Part shown: piece by piece, positions 32,502 to 41,725 of the stretch
Position numbering within the stretch: position 1 is the first letter of the stretch
How the letters are laid out: the number at the start of each line of letters is the position of its first letter
Source of the DNA: an uncultured Pseudomonadales bacterium
Lineage (GTDB): Bacteria; Patescibacteriota; Microgenomatia; UBA1400; PJMF01
Assembly (NCBI GenBank): GCA_964393205.1
Contig: CAYMSV010000002.1
Location: forward strand, 96,843-160,842
DNA length: 64,000 nt
Reading direction: 5' to 3'
Notes under the pieces: model-generated
Database searches by the model: none
Seen by the model: the letters and a program-made list of their open reading frames with translations, nothing else
Told to the model about the DNA's origin: nothing
Program-made: the position numbers and the translations under genes

Positions 32502-34852
32502 ATTCTTGACAATTCCCAGGTAATTTCGGGAGCTAAAAGCAAAGCGTCTTGTTGATATCGTTCAGCAAGATTTGGCTCGTTTGTCTCTAACTGTCGATAA
32601 AAACGCCACAACTGTTTAGCCAACCTTTCTTTTTCTTCCCACGGCCAAGGCTTATCAGGGTTTTCTATAAAAAAGTGCATAAAATTAGCTATCAACCACT
32701 GTTTTCGCTCCTGATTAATCTTAATATCAGTGCCCAATTCTTTTATTAAAGGACGCATTAAGTCTTGACCAAAATCGTAAAATTTTTTTTGAAATTTACT
32801 TGCTACAAAGCGATCAGCTAAAATCTTAAAATCTGTATAGTTCAAGCTAAAAAATAAGTCAATTAAGACATCTGCATAAAAACGATAAAAAGATTCATAG
32901 TTTTGATAAAATAAGTCTGAATCTAATTGTAGAAATTCTTTTAAAAAATCTGAGTGCTTTGCTTCACCATCAAATTCTAAAAACACCGGTTTATAGCCTT
33001 CAGGTTGCCAAGTATTTAATAGATAATACTGATAGTAAAATTGCCCAGCAAGTTGCAAGTCATCTTTTACAAAAGCCTCATCTGCAAAATTCAACAATAA
33101 TGATCCAATTAATTCTTTATGTTTAATATCAATAGCTAAATTTTTACTTTCCAAATAAATAACCTCTTTGTTTACCCAATGTGAAGTTTTTAATAAGACT
33201 TCGACCCTTTCTTGCCAATCCCAAAGCTCATCCTCCATCAAAAATTCAAAAAAATCAGGTTTAATCACAAATCTTGGATTTATATTTAGAAGTTCTAAAT
33301 AAATTTTCTTTTGTAGATTTTTATCATCAGTATATTCAAAATAGTTTAATAAAAAATTAGCATCATTTCTATAAATATTAAATATAAAATCTTGATTTTC
33401 TTGACTTAAAACATTAATACTTGCTGAATAATCGGGATTCTCCAATAAAGGAAACGTGATAAAAGCTCGATTTGCTGTAGAAAATTCTTTAAATAATTTA
33501 GAAGCAAGATGTGTAAAAGAAATTATAATTAACAAAATACTGCTTATAGAAAAAATCAAACAAGCTATAACTGAGAGGAAAGATCTTGAATAGATGGTCT
33601 TAGCCCTTGATTTCTTAGCGAGAAATAAATTCTGACGAAAAACAATTGCTAAAAAAACTAAAAGTAAAGAAAAAATAGCGCTAAATTGCCAATCAAAATC
33701 AAAGATTGCCATTAAATAAAGAGACAAAATTCCCAACAATAAACCCTGATTTCTTGAAGATGGTTTTTTGACAACTAACATTACACCTGATATTAGCAAA
33801 GCAAAAAAAGACAGAAAATACAAAAAAAATCCTATCAAACCAGTGTCTGTTAAAATTTGTAAAAATTCATTATGAACATATCTAGCAACTGAAATGTCAC
33901 TACTAGCTTGATTGCGAAAAACAAGAACAAAACTATTTAGACCATAACCAATTAGAGGTCTTTGTCTAAAAAAATCTATGGCCTGTTTCCAATATATTAA
34001 TCTGTCATCCTGAGTGATATCCTTGCAAAAATGCTGGAAATTAGAGTCTCTATTCCTACAAAGTTCACTAGGAGCATAATGAAGCTTAAATACAAAAGCA
34101 ATTAAAAAAACCAAGCTTAATAAAAAAAATAAAGACAAGTTTTTGAGAAGTCTCTGCTTAAGTGGATTTAACTTTTTTAGTTTTTGAAAATTTAAAAAAA
34201 CAAGAACCAATAGCTGTAAAACTGCCAAGAAGATAGCGACTCGAGCAAAACTCAAAAGTAAAACAATATAAAAAAATAATAACCAATATAATTCTGAAGT
34301 TTTTTTTATTTCCTTTTCTAGGATAATGTTTTGCCAAAAATAAGGTAAAAATAAAATTAACAAAGTTGCAAAATGGTTATGTCCATAACTGGCATAAAGC
34401 AGATTCATTTTTGGCAGTAAATCTCCTAGACTAGGCACCAACATTAAGAGTAAAACCAGTATTGAAAAAAATTTCATTAAGTTAAAAAATTTCTTAAATA
34501 AAATTCTCTCATCGGGCAATAACTTTTGATCATAAAATAAAAAAACAATCAAACTTAGGAAACCAAGTAACAGAGAAAAATAGCGACTTAAAGATTGGCT
34601 CCAGGCCACTCCTAAATAGGCATTTATGGGGAGATAAAAAAGTAATAATAAAATTGAAAGCAAAGAAATTAATAAAATATTATAAAAAACCGGCTTAGTC
34701 TGCTTTAGCAATTCTATTTGTTTAAAGCTGAGGTGTTTTTTTTGACTTAAATAAAAAAGCGCTAAAATTCCTCCAATACAAAAAATCCATTGAGTTTCCG
34801 CAAATATAATCAAAAAAGATAGTAAAATGACAAATATAGTTGTAAAAACCAT
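32498..34852 (-). CDS. O-antigen ligase/O-oligosaccharyltransferase-like (Wzy_C) protein with large C-terminal soluble domain
   Basis: SFARVA, R..YWKQA...RPLIGYGLNSF and VHNEFLQILTDTGLIG. Confidence 0.85.
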   Translation of the reverse strand: MVFTTIFVILLSFLIIFAETQWIFCIGGILALFYLSQKKHLSFKQIELLKQTKPVFYNILLISLLSILLLLFYLPINAYLGVAWSQSLSRYFSLLLGFLSLIVFLFYDQKLLPDERILFKKFFNLMKFFSILVLLLMLVPSLGDLLPKMNLLYASYGHNHFATLLILFLPYFWQNIILEKEIKKTSELYWLLFFYIVLLLSFARVAIFLAVLQLLVLVFLNFQKLKKLNPLKQRLLKNLSLFFLLSLVFLIAFVFKLHYAPSELCRNRDSNFQHFCKDITQDDRLIYWKQAIDFFRQRPLIGYGLNSFVLVFRNQASSDISVARYVHNEFLQILTDTGLIGFFLYFLSFFALLISGVMLVVKKPSSRNQGLLLGILSLYLMAIFDFDWQFSAIFSLLLVFLAIVFRQNLFLAKKSRAKTIYSRSFLSVIACLIFSISSILLIIISFTHLASKLFKEFSTANRAFITFPLLENPDYSASINVLSQENQDFIFNIYRNDANFLLNYFEYTDDKNLQKKIYLELLNINPRFVIKPDFFEFLMEDELWDWQERVEVLLKTSHWVNKEVIYLESKNLAIDIKHKELIGSLLLNFADEAFVKDDLQLAGQFYYQYYLLNTWQPEGYKPVFLEFDGEAKHSDFLKEFLQLDSDLFYQNYESFYRFYADVLIDLFFSLNYTDFKILADRFVASKFQKKFYDFGQDLMRPLIKELGTDIKINQERKQWLIANFMHFFIENPDKPWPWEEKERLAKQLWRFYRQLETNEPNLAERYQQDALLLAPEITWELSRI

Positions 34853-34884
34853 TGATCTTTGTAATCATAGCAAAAAAAAATAAA

Positions 34885-36003
34885 ATGTCGAAAGCACAAA
34901 TAAAAAATCAAAAGAAGATTCTTCTAATCATTAACAACTATGAATTAAATTCTATTAATAAAATTATTTTGAGCATTATTAAAACTAATCAAAGTTTGCT
35001 CTTTTATGTATTAAGCCTTGAGGATTTTGGTGAATATCAGAGTGATTTTAGTAACAAAAAAAACCTTATTATCATTGATAAAGGTAAAAAGCTTAGACAA
35101 AAAATGATTAAAACGAAGAAAATAATTTTTCAAGAAAAGATTAAACTAATTCACACCCATAGTCTTCGTCCAGAACTCTGCGCCTTTTATTTTAAAATTT
35201 TTTTTCCTAAATTATTTCTAATAAGTAACCGCCATAATCCCCTGTTTCTACACTTTAATATTAAAAGTAGATTACAAAATACAAGTTATCGTTTATTTTC
35301 CAAGTATACCAATCAAAATATTTGTGTGGCCCCTCACATATACAAGACTTTATTAGAAGATTTCAAAATTTCCCAGAAAAAATTATTATTAATAGAAAAT
35401 GCTTTAATTGAAAATAAAGAATCTAAGATTAAAACAAAAAACAAAAAAAGAAAAACAAAACAAATCATCTATTTTGGCCAATTGATTAAAAGAAAAAATA
35501 TAGAAACCCTTATTCTAGCCTGGAAAAAAATCAAAGAAGCTCCACAACTAACAATCATGGGACGAGGTAAAGAATTAAAAAAACTTAAAATCCTAGCCTC
35601 AAAGTGTTCTGCAGAAAACACAAAAACTATTAAATTTTTACCTTTTCATCCCAATCCGGAAAACTTTTATAAAAAAGGAGATATTTTTGTTTTGCCTAGT
35701 TTAAACGAAGGTCTCTCACTGAGTTTACTAGAGTCTATGAAAAGTGCTTTGGTTTGCGTAGCCAGTGATATTCCTGCCAATAAATTTATTATTAAATCTG
35801 GTCGCAATGGCCTACTGTTTAAAGCTGGTTCTGTGAAAAGTTTAAAAAAGCAATTAGTTAAACTAATAAATAAACCTCAACTTTGCAAACAACTAATAAA
35901 ACAAGCCCAAAAAGACGTGGAAGATAATTTTAATAATAAAAAAATGACTCTGTCCTACAAAATTAACTACCAAAAACTTTTCCAGTTAATCGAAAATAGA
36001 TAA
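34885..36003 (+). CDS. Glycosyltransferase family 4
   Basis: GQLIKRKN, FVLPSLNEGLSLSLLESM and VASDIP. The ATG at 34885 was preferred over the track's 34852. Confidence 0.9.
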   Translation: MSKAQIKNQKKILLIINNYELNSINKIILSIIKTNQSLLFYVLSLEDFGEYQSDFSNKKNLIIIDKGKKLRQKMIKTKKIIFQEKIKLIHTHSLRPELCAFYFKIFFPKLFLISNRHNPLFLHFNIKSRLQNTSYRLFSKYTNQNICVAPHIYKTLLEDFKISQKKLLLIENALIENKESKIKTKNKKRKTKQIIYFGQLIKRKNIETLILAWKKIKEAPQLTIMGRGKELKKLKILASKCSAENTKTIKFLPFHPNPENFYKKGDIFVLPSLNEGLSLSLLESMKSALVCVASDIPANKFIIKSGRNGLLFKAGSVKSLKKQLVKLINKPQLCKQLIKQAQKDVEDNFNNKKMTLSYKINYQKLFQLIENR

Positions 36004-37087
36004 ATTTGAAAGTCTGATCACGAATCGCCTCATAAGTGTTGCAAGAACTATTACAATGTAAACAATCTTTTTTTCTCATTTCCCGACGCTTTTTAAGATT
36101 TCCTGATTCAAAAAATACTTCTGACAAACTTTTATTTAATTTAGCAGTTTTTTGATTAAATACTTGGCCAATAGGTTGACTAGAAAAACACCAATAAAGC
36201 TGACCATAAGCATCTATTACCACACTATCTACTAAGAATGGACAAGGAGTAGTTCGATTAGTTTTTTTACTATACATTGATAAAATATCTGCCCAATAAT
36301 AAGCATTAAAATCTAAAAAATGTTTTGGTTTTGCTAATTTTTTCAAAAATCTATTTAAAAGTGGCCAATCTTGAGAGCGAAAATTAACAAAATCTTCTGT
36401 ATCTAGATTCCGCACATAAGTATCGTGAAAGCCAACAATCTGCCAAGTATATTGATAAGCATGTTTTTTCAACCAATAAGTCAGGTGCTTTACGGTTCTT
36501 AGATTTTGTCGCATCAATAAAACACCTACAAATAAAGACAAACAAGAATATTGTTTTTCTAAATCACGAATTTTTTCTAAACTTAGCTTAACCCGATCAA
36601 ATGCACGACTCACACCACGAATTTTTTGATGACCTTCAGTATAATCATCCAGAGAAACACTAATTATTAAATCTATTCCTTTTTCTTGACATAGTTTCAC
36701 TATCTTTTCTAATTCTTTAAAACCAGATTTACTTATAAATCCATTAGTAACTAATGAAATTTTTTTTAATTTGGGTAAATTATTTATAAACAAGGATAAA
36801 ATGGCAAAAAATTCAGGATGAAGTAATGCTTCGCCTCCAGTCAAATCTAAACTACGTAAGTTACTTAAAAAAGGATCTTTGACTAAAACTCTCCACTCTT
36901 TCAAAGACAGCTCTCTAAGTTTAGGCATTTGCCAAATATTACACATGATGCAACGAGAATTACACTGATAGGTAAGGGCTAATAATAATTTTCGAGGTTT
37001 TAATTTAAAAAACTTACCAAAAAAAATATAAAAATAATAAAGAGTAAAACTTTTTAAAAAATTGCTAAATCTTTTTAATTGAGACAT
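35963..37087 (-). CDS. Radical SAM enzyme with SPASM/twitch domain
   Basis: CNSRCIMC, LTGGE, SVSLD; C-terminal CPF...IDAYGQLYWC...CLHCNSSC. Confidence 0.9.
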   Translation of the reverse strand: MSQLKRFSNFLKSFTLYYFYIFFGKFFKLKPRKLLLALTYQCNSRCIMCNIWQMPKLRELSLKEWRVLVKDPFLSNLRSLDLTGGEALLHPEFFAILSLFINNLPKLKKISLVTNGFISKSGFKELEKIVKLCQEKGIDLIISVSLDDYTEGHQKIRGVSRAFDRVKLSLEKIRDLEKQYSCLSLFVGVLLMRQNLRTVKHLTYWLKKHAYQYTWQIVGFHDTYVRNLDTEDFVNFRSQDWPLLNRFLKKLAKPKHFLDFNAYYWADILSMYSKKTNRTTPCPFLVDSVVIDAYGQLYWCFSSQPIGQVFNQKTAKLNKSLSEVFFESGNLKKRREMRKKDCLHCNSSCNTYEAIRDQTFKFIYFRLTGKVFGS

Positions 37088-38214
37088 AGACCTAAAATTT
37101 CAAAATACTTTTCCAAATTAGTAACATTATAATCTTTTTTTACCCTACGTTGACCAAACAAAGCTAATTTTTTTCTTAAAGAATCGTTTTTAAGCAATAA
37201 CATAATTTTATCGCTCATATCTTTGATCGAATAGGCAATTAAACCTGCTTCTTGGTTATGAAAATAAAGTTTAAGCCCAGGATAATTCATCACTACTGCT
37301 GGTAAAGCGGTGCTCCAAGCCTCTAACAAAACTACCGGCTGCCCCTCATATTTGGAACTAAGAACAAAAATCTTTGATTGAGCATAAAAACTAGCAACAT
37401 CACGATTTGGCTTAGCAAATCTGACGTTTTTAACTAATTTATTACTTTTAACATACTTTTTTAATGACTGCTCTTCTTTACCCTCACCCACCATTAATAA
37501 ACTAATATCTTTTTTATTCTTCTTTAATTCTTTAACTACTTTGATTAAGGTTAGTAAGTTTTTTTGCGGCGCAAAACGACCAATAAAAAGCAAATCAAAT
37601 ATTTTTTTATCAGCTTTTTTTGCTTTGGATTTAGAATTTTTCTTTGTATTTTTAAAATTTGTTACCACCCAATTAGGAACCACAAAAATTTTGTCAGCTG
37701 ATATATTTAAATAATCAATTAAATCCTGTTTAGCTACTTGATTTTGAACAATGATCGCTTTAGCAGCTGGATAAAAGATTTTTCCCAAAACTTTTTGATA
37801 AAACCGCGGATTCTCATATGAAAAGATATTGTCTTGGCTAATAAAAACCTCAATTTTTTTCCAAAAAAATAATTTACTCAAAAAAATACTTCTAACTGAA
37901 GAGTGTAAAACATGACTTAAGATCAAATTAATATCAAATCTAAGAATATTAATGCCCCAGTGAATAAAACTGGGCAAATAAAATGTTTTTCCAAGTACTC
38001 TTAGTGCCTTGGGTCTAATAAGTTGCTTAAATTGTGGATCTAATTGGTCAAGAAAGTCAAAATCTGCCTCAGCAGTGTATAGTAAGTAGGGCTCAATCCT
38101 CTCACTTAGTTCATTTTGATAAATATAGTTAATCAAATCAACAATTTTACGCTGAATACCTCCAAGACCCATATTGTAAAATATGAAAGCTAATTTAACT
38201 TTTTTGTGAGACAT
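37075..38214 (-). CDS. Glycosyltransferase family 4
   Basis: GLGGIQR, IGRFAPQKN and FVLSSKYEGQPVVLLEA. Confidence 0.92.
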   Translation of the reverse strand: MSHKKVKLAFIFYNMGLGGIQRKIVDLINYIYQNELSERIEPYLLYTAEADFDFLDQLDPQFKQLIRPKALRVLGKTFYLPSFIHWGINILRFDINLILSHVLHSSVRSIFLSKLFFWKKIEVFISQDNIFSYENPRFYQKVLGKIFYPAAKAIIVQNQVAKQDLIDYLNISADKIFVVPNWVVTNFKNTKKNSKSKAKKADKKIFDLLFIGRFAPQKNLLTLIKVVKELKKNKKDISLLMVGEGKEEQSLKKYVKSNKLVKNVRFAKPNRDVASFYAQSKIFVLSSKYEGQPVVLLEAWSTALPAVVMNYPGLKLYFHNQEAGLIAYSIKDMSDKIMLLLKNDSLRKKLALFGQRRVKKDYNVTNLEKYFEILGLCLN

Positions 38215-38219
38215 AATTA

Positions 38220-39059
38220 CTACTCAGGAAAAGTGTAATCAAGCACTGTGCCGAATAAAAACACACTTTCAGTGTCATTATAAAAGTAATCATTAACCAT
38301 AAGAGGGCGTCGATAACTATAAAAACAGTTGTTAGTGTTTTCTTTGAGACACCAAACCCTAAGGGAAATATTAAAATAAACGTCAGAGTGTAGCGGGTCA
38401 TAAGCAACTACTTTTCTACCCCTACTATCTAATTCTGAACTTTTGGCTGGCTCATATTTAAAACTATTAAATTTTAATATGTCTTGATTGCTGTAGTCCT
38501 CAAGAAATAAACGATGAAAATATTTAATCACTACATTTTCAATTTCAGGGATTTTAACATCAACTAAAGCAATTCTCTCTACAAATTTACTCATCCTATC
38601 TTCAACATTTTGGTAAACATCAATAATCTCTCCCTCAAAGAAATATTTTTCGGTAGTAAAATCAAAATTTTTACCCACTACCAGGGGTTTTCCCAAATAA
38701 GAGTAAGTTCTTTTTCTCTTATCATAAAGTGCTTCTATTTCTAAAGTTAAATAGACATCAAATTTTTGATCACCTCCAAAAGAAACCTTATCAATAAATA
38801 CCACCTCGGCAATTTTATCACCAGCAAAATTATAAATTTCATCTCCAACTGCCATTTGTAAAAATTGCCATTTTTCTATAGGCATTATTACTCCAAAATC
38901 TTGATCACTCACCAACATATCTATATGAATAGTTTGTTTCTCTCGATCAAAATAAAAAATAGCAAACACCAAAGCTAATAAGGCCATTAAAGCTAGTAGA
39001 TAATCAACTATTGATAGTTGTTTAAAAAATTTAATAATTTTTCTCTTGTATTTTTGCAT
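38220..39059 (-). CDS. Hypothetical membrane-anchored protein (DUF4330-like)
   Basis: SIVD + TM N-terminus, then beta-rich repeats (DVYLTLEI...KPLVVG). Confidence 0.5.
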   Translation of the reverse strand: MQKYKRKIIKFFKQLSIVDYLLALMALLALVFAIFYFDREKQTIHIDMLVSDQDFGVIMPIEKWQFLQMAVGDEIYNFAGDKIAEVVFIDKVSFGGDQKFDVYLTLEIEALYDKRKRTYSYLGKPLVVGKNFDFTTEKYFFEGEIIDVYQNVEDRMSKFVERIALVDVKIPEIENVVIKYFHRLFLEDYSNQDILKFNSFKYEPAKSSELDSRGRKVVAYDPLHSDVYFNISLRVWCLKENTNNCFYSYRRPLMVNDYFYNDTESVFLFGTVLDYTFPE

Positions 39060-40578
39060 AAGCCATTCCTATTATAATCCAAAAAAAAGCTGTAATTTGA
39101 AACTCATATAACCAAGGATAAAACTGGGCTACTAAAATGTAATTAAAAGCAGCTAACAATAAGGCTAAAAGCTCCACATCCTGCCTCTTTTTTCTTCGTT
39201 CCTTAAAAAAATATTTTGCAAAGACTAAAATTAGCCCAATAAAAACCATTAAACCAAAGGCACCAATAGCATTAAGAACTTCAAATAACAAATTGTGAAC
39301 AGATGCTGGATTTCTAAAAAAAAGATCTGGTGGAAAATCATGAATAATTGAATATTTAAAAACATTATGACCTAAACCCAATGGTTTTTGCATCATATAA
39401 ACCCAAGACATTTCAAATTGTCTAATACGAGACAAGATAGTACTGTGATTAAAATTCCTAAAAAGATTTAAAAAATGTTCACTTAAGAAACGAGACGAAA
39501 AACCAAACGTAATAATCATGATGATTATTAAAATGAATAAAAAATTTCTAGAAAAAATAAATTTAAATTTATTTTTTTTAAGAGACTTTTTGACATATTT
39601 TTTCATTAAAGGTAATAAAAACAAAAAATTAAATAAGAGAACTAACCACACGCCTCTACTCAAACTTAAAATAATACCAGCTATCGAAGCAATAATAGTA
39701 AAAAAAAGCAACTTTCGGTCAACAACATTGTGATTCTTTAAATAAAGAAAAGAAGCTAAACTGCCAAAAAACATCAAGATTGAAGAACTTAAATTAGCAT
39801 CCCAAAATAAACCACCAGGACGATAAAATTCTGGATTATCAGTAGAAAAACGAGCTGGTAATCCCGTATCAACAACCATGCCCAAATTGCCACCACTAAT
39901 TTTTTGCAAAAACATAGTGACACCACCAATGATAGCGTAAATAAAGAGTGTTTCTAAAACTATTCGGCGAATTTTTACATCTTTAGAAAAAATGAATGAT
40001 AAATAAAAAAGTAATAAATACTTAAAGAAAATCCATAAATAAAACCAGGCAAATAAACTTATGTCAGTAAAAAAAGTAGCTATTAGTGAACTAATAAATA
40101 GTAAAAATATTAAAAAATCAATAATTCCTGGTTTCCAAAATTTATTTTTAAAATTGGTTCTAGTTTTTAATAGATAAATTAATATAAATATCAAAGGATC
40201 AAAAAAAGCCAGATATAGATGGGGATTAAACAGGTCTGTTTTAAATTTGGCTAAAGAACTATCCAATATGCTATAAAAATAATTTCCATAATAATTAATC
40301 TCAAAATGATAAGCCTTTTTAAAAAAAATCAGAAAAAAAATCATCAACCAAAGCGTTTTGTTTAAATCTTGTTTTAACAGATATAATATGATTAAGCTAA
40401 GAGCTAATAAAAGTAAATAAAATAGTATGCGATCTATCAAAACATTAGCTAATAAGAAAAAAAGGAAAAAATATGTTTCTTTTTGCAGCTTTGGCCAAAA
40501 AGAAATCGCTTTAAAAATGATTTTGCTGAAAAAAGATCTTGATTGAGATAAAAAATTTATGCTTAGAGATAAACTCAT
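39031..40578 (-). CDS. O-antigen ligase/polymerase-like (Wzy_C) membrane protein
   Basis: RPGGLFWDAN, SLSRGVW, PLGLGHN and SVHNLLFEVL..IGAFG. Confidence 0.85.
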   Translation of the reverse strand: MSLSLSINFLSQSRSFFSKIIFKAISFWPKLQKETYFFLFFLLANVLIDRILFYLLLLALSLIILYLLKQDLNKTLWLMIFFLIFFKKAYHFEINYYGNYFYSILDSSLAKFKTDLFNPHLYLAFFDPLIFILIYLLKTRTNFKNKFWKPGIIDFLIFLLFISSLIATFFTDISLFAWFYLWIFFKYLLLFYLSFIFSKDVKIRRIVLETLFIYAIIGGVTMFLQKISGGNLGMVVDTGLPARFSTDNPEFYRPGGLFWDANLSSSILMFFGSLASFLYLKNHNVVDRKLLFFTIIASIAGIILSLSRGVWLVLLFNFLFLLPLMKKYVKKSLKKNKFKFIFSRNFLFILIIIMIITFGFSSRFLSEHFLNLFRNFNHSTILSRIRQFEMSWVYMMQKPLGLGHNVFKYSIIHDFPPDLFFRNPASVHNLLFEVLNAIGAFGLMVFIGLILVFAKYFFKERRKKRQDVELLALLLAAFNYILVAQFYPWLYEFQITAFFWIIIGMAYAKIQEKNY

Positions 40579-41725
40579 TGTTTTATTATTGTATCAGCCG
40601 TGGCAATGGTCTACTGATTATCAAAACCAGACAGTAAAAACTTTAGAAAAACTTAATAACAAAGTCATTATTTATTATGGACATAAAGAAACAGTCTTGT
40701 GGAAAAAAGACGGATTACAATCACTTTTTATTAAGAAAAATAAAAAATTAAACTTCTTCATTCCAATTCATTTTTTGCCTTTACGCCGACTAACTTTTGT
40801 AAAAAAAGCTAATCAATTCATAAACCTTCAAAGATTTAATCATTATTGCAAAAACTTATTTAGAAAATACGAGAAAAAAATAACTCCTTCTCAAGCTATT
40901 TTCTGGTTTTTTGAACCAAACTCCTTGATTCAAAACCTTCATTTATTAGATATCAAACACAAACATTTAATTTTTGACTGTGTAGATTACTTTTCAATAA
41001 AAGAATTAAAGTTTGCACTGCAAAAAAGCACTAGTATTTTTTGTATTTCACAAACCATGCAGGAGTTACTGAGTAAACTAATCAAATCTAAAAAAATAAT
41101 AAATTTGGTACCTCAAGGATTTGATCTAAACACTTTTAAAAAATATAAATTGTTCATCAATACTACTTCTTCTAAAGATAAAAGATATAAAATTGGTTTT
41201 ATCGGAGGAATTGATAATCGACTCAAATATTCACTGTTAATCAATCTAGTCAAAAGCAACCCTCAGTGGCAGTTTCTTTTTTATGGACCTCAGCAAAAAC
41301 TAAGCAAAAAAAACAAAAAACTACTAAACAAACTTCAAGCTTTCTCCAATACCGACTGGGGAAATGTGACAAAAAAAGAATTACCTAGAATTATTCATAG
41401 TTTCGATGTCGGTATTATTCCCTATGAGATCAGACAAAAGAAAAATTACTACTGTTATCCAATGAAAATTTTTGAATATTTTTATCTAGGAAAACCCGTG
41501 GTGAGCACTCCTATAGCAGAACTGCAGCATAAAAGGTTTAGCAATTTTGTTAGAATAGCTAAAGACAGTCATCAATTCGAAAATTCAATTAAAAAATTGT
41601 TATCTAAAAGCTGGTCAATTTCCTTAAAAAAACAACAAAGACAAATGGCCATAATTAATTCTTGGCAAAAAAAAATTAACACAATAAATGATCAACTAAA
41701 ACTGTTCGTAAAACAAAAAAAATGA
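40559..41725 (+). CDS. Glycosyltransferase (GT4, TuaH-like)
   Basis: IFDCVD, PQGFD, GFIGGID and FDVGIIPY...YPMKIFEYFYLGKPVVST. Confidence 0.88.
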   Translation: MLRDKLIVLLLYQPWQWSTDYQNQTVKTLEKLNNKVIIYYGHKETVLWKKDGLQSLFIKKNKKLNFFIPIHFLPLRRLTFVKKANQFINLQRFNHYCKNLFRKYEKKITPSQAIFWFFEPNSLIQNLHLLDIKHKHLIFDCVDYFSIKELKFALQKSTSIFCISQTMQELLSKLIKSKKIINLVPQGFDLNTFKKYKLFINTTSSKDKRYKIGFIGGIDNRLKYSLLINLVKSNPQWQFLFYGPQQKLSKKNKKLLNKLQAFSNTDWGNVTKKELPRIIHSFDVGIIPYEIRQKKNYYCYPMKIFEYFYLGKPVVSTPIAELQHKRFSNFVRIAKDSHQFENSIKKLLSKSWSISLKKQQRQMAIINSWQKKINTINDQLKLFVKQKK

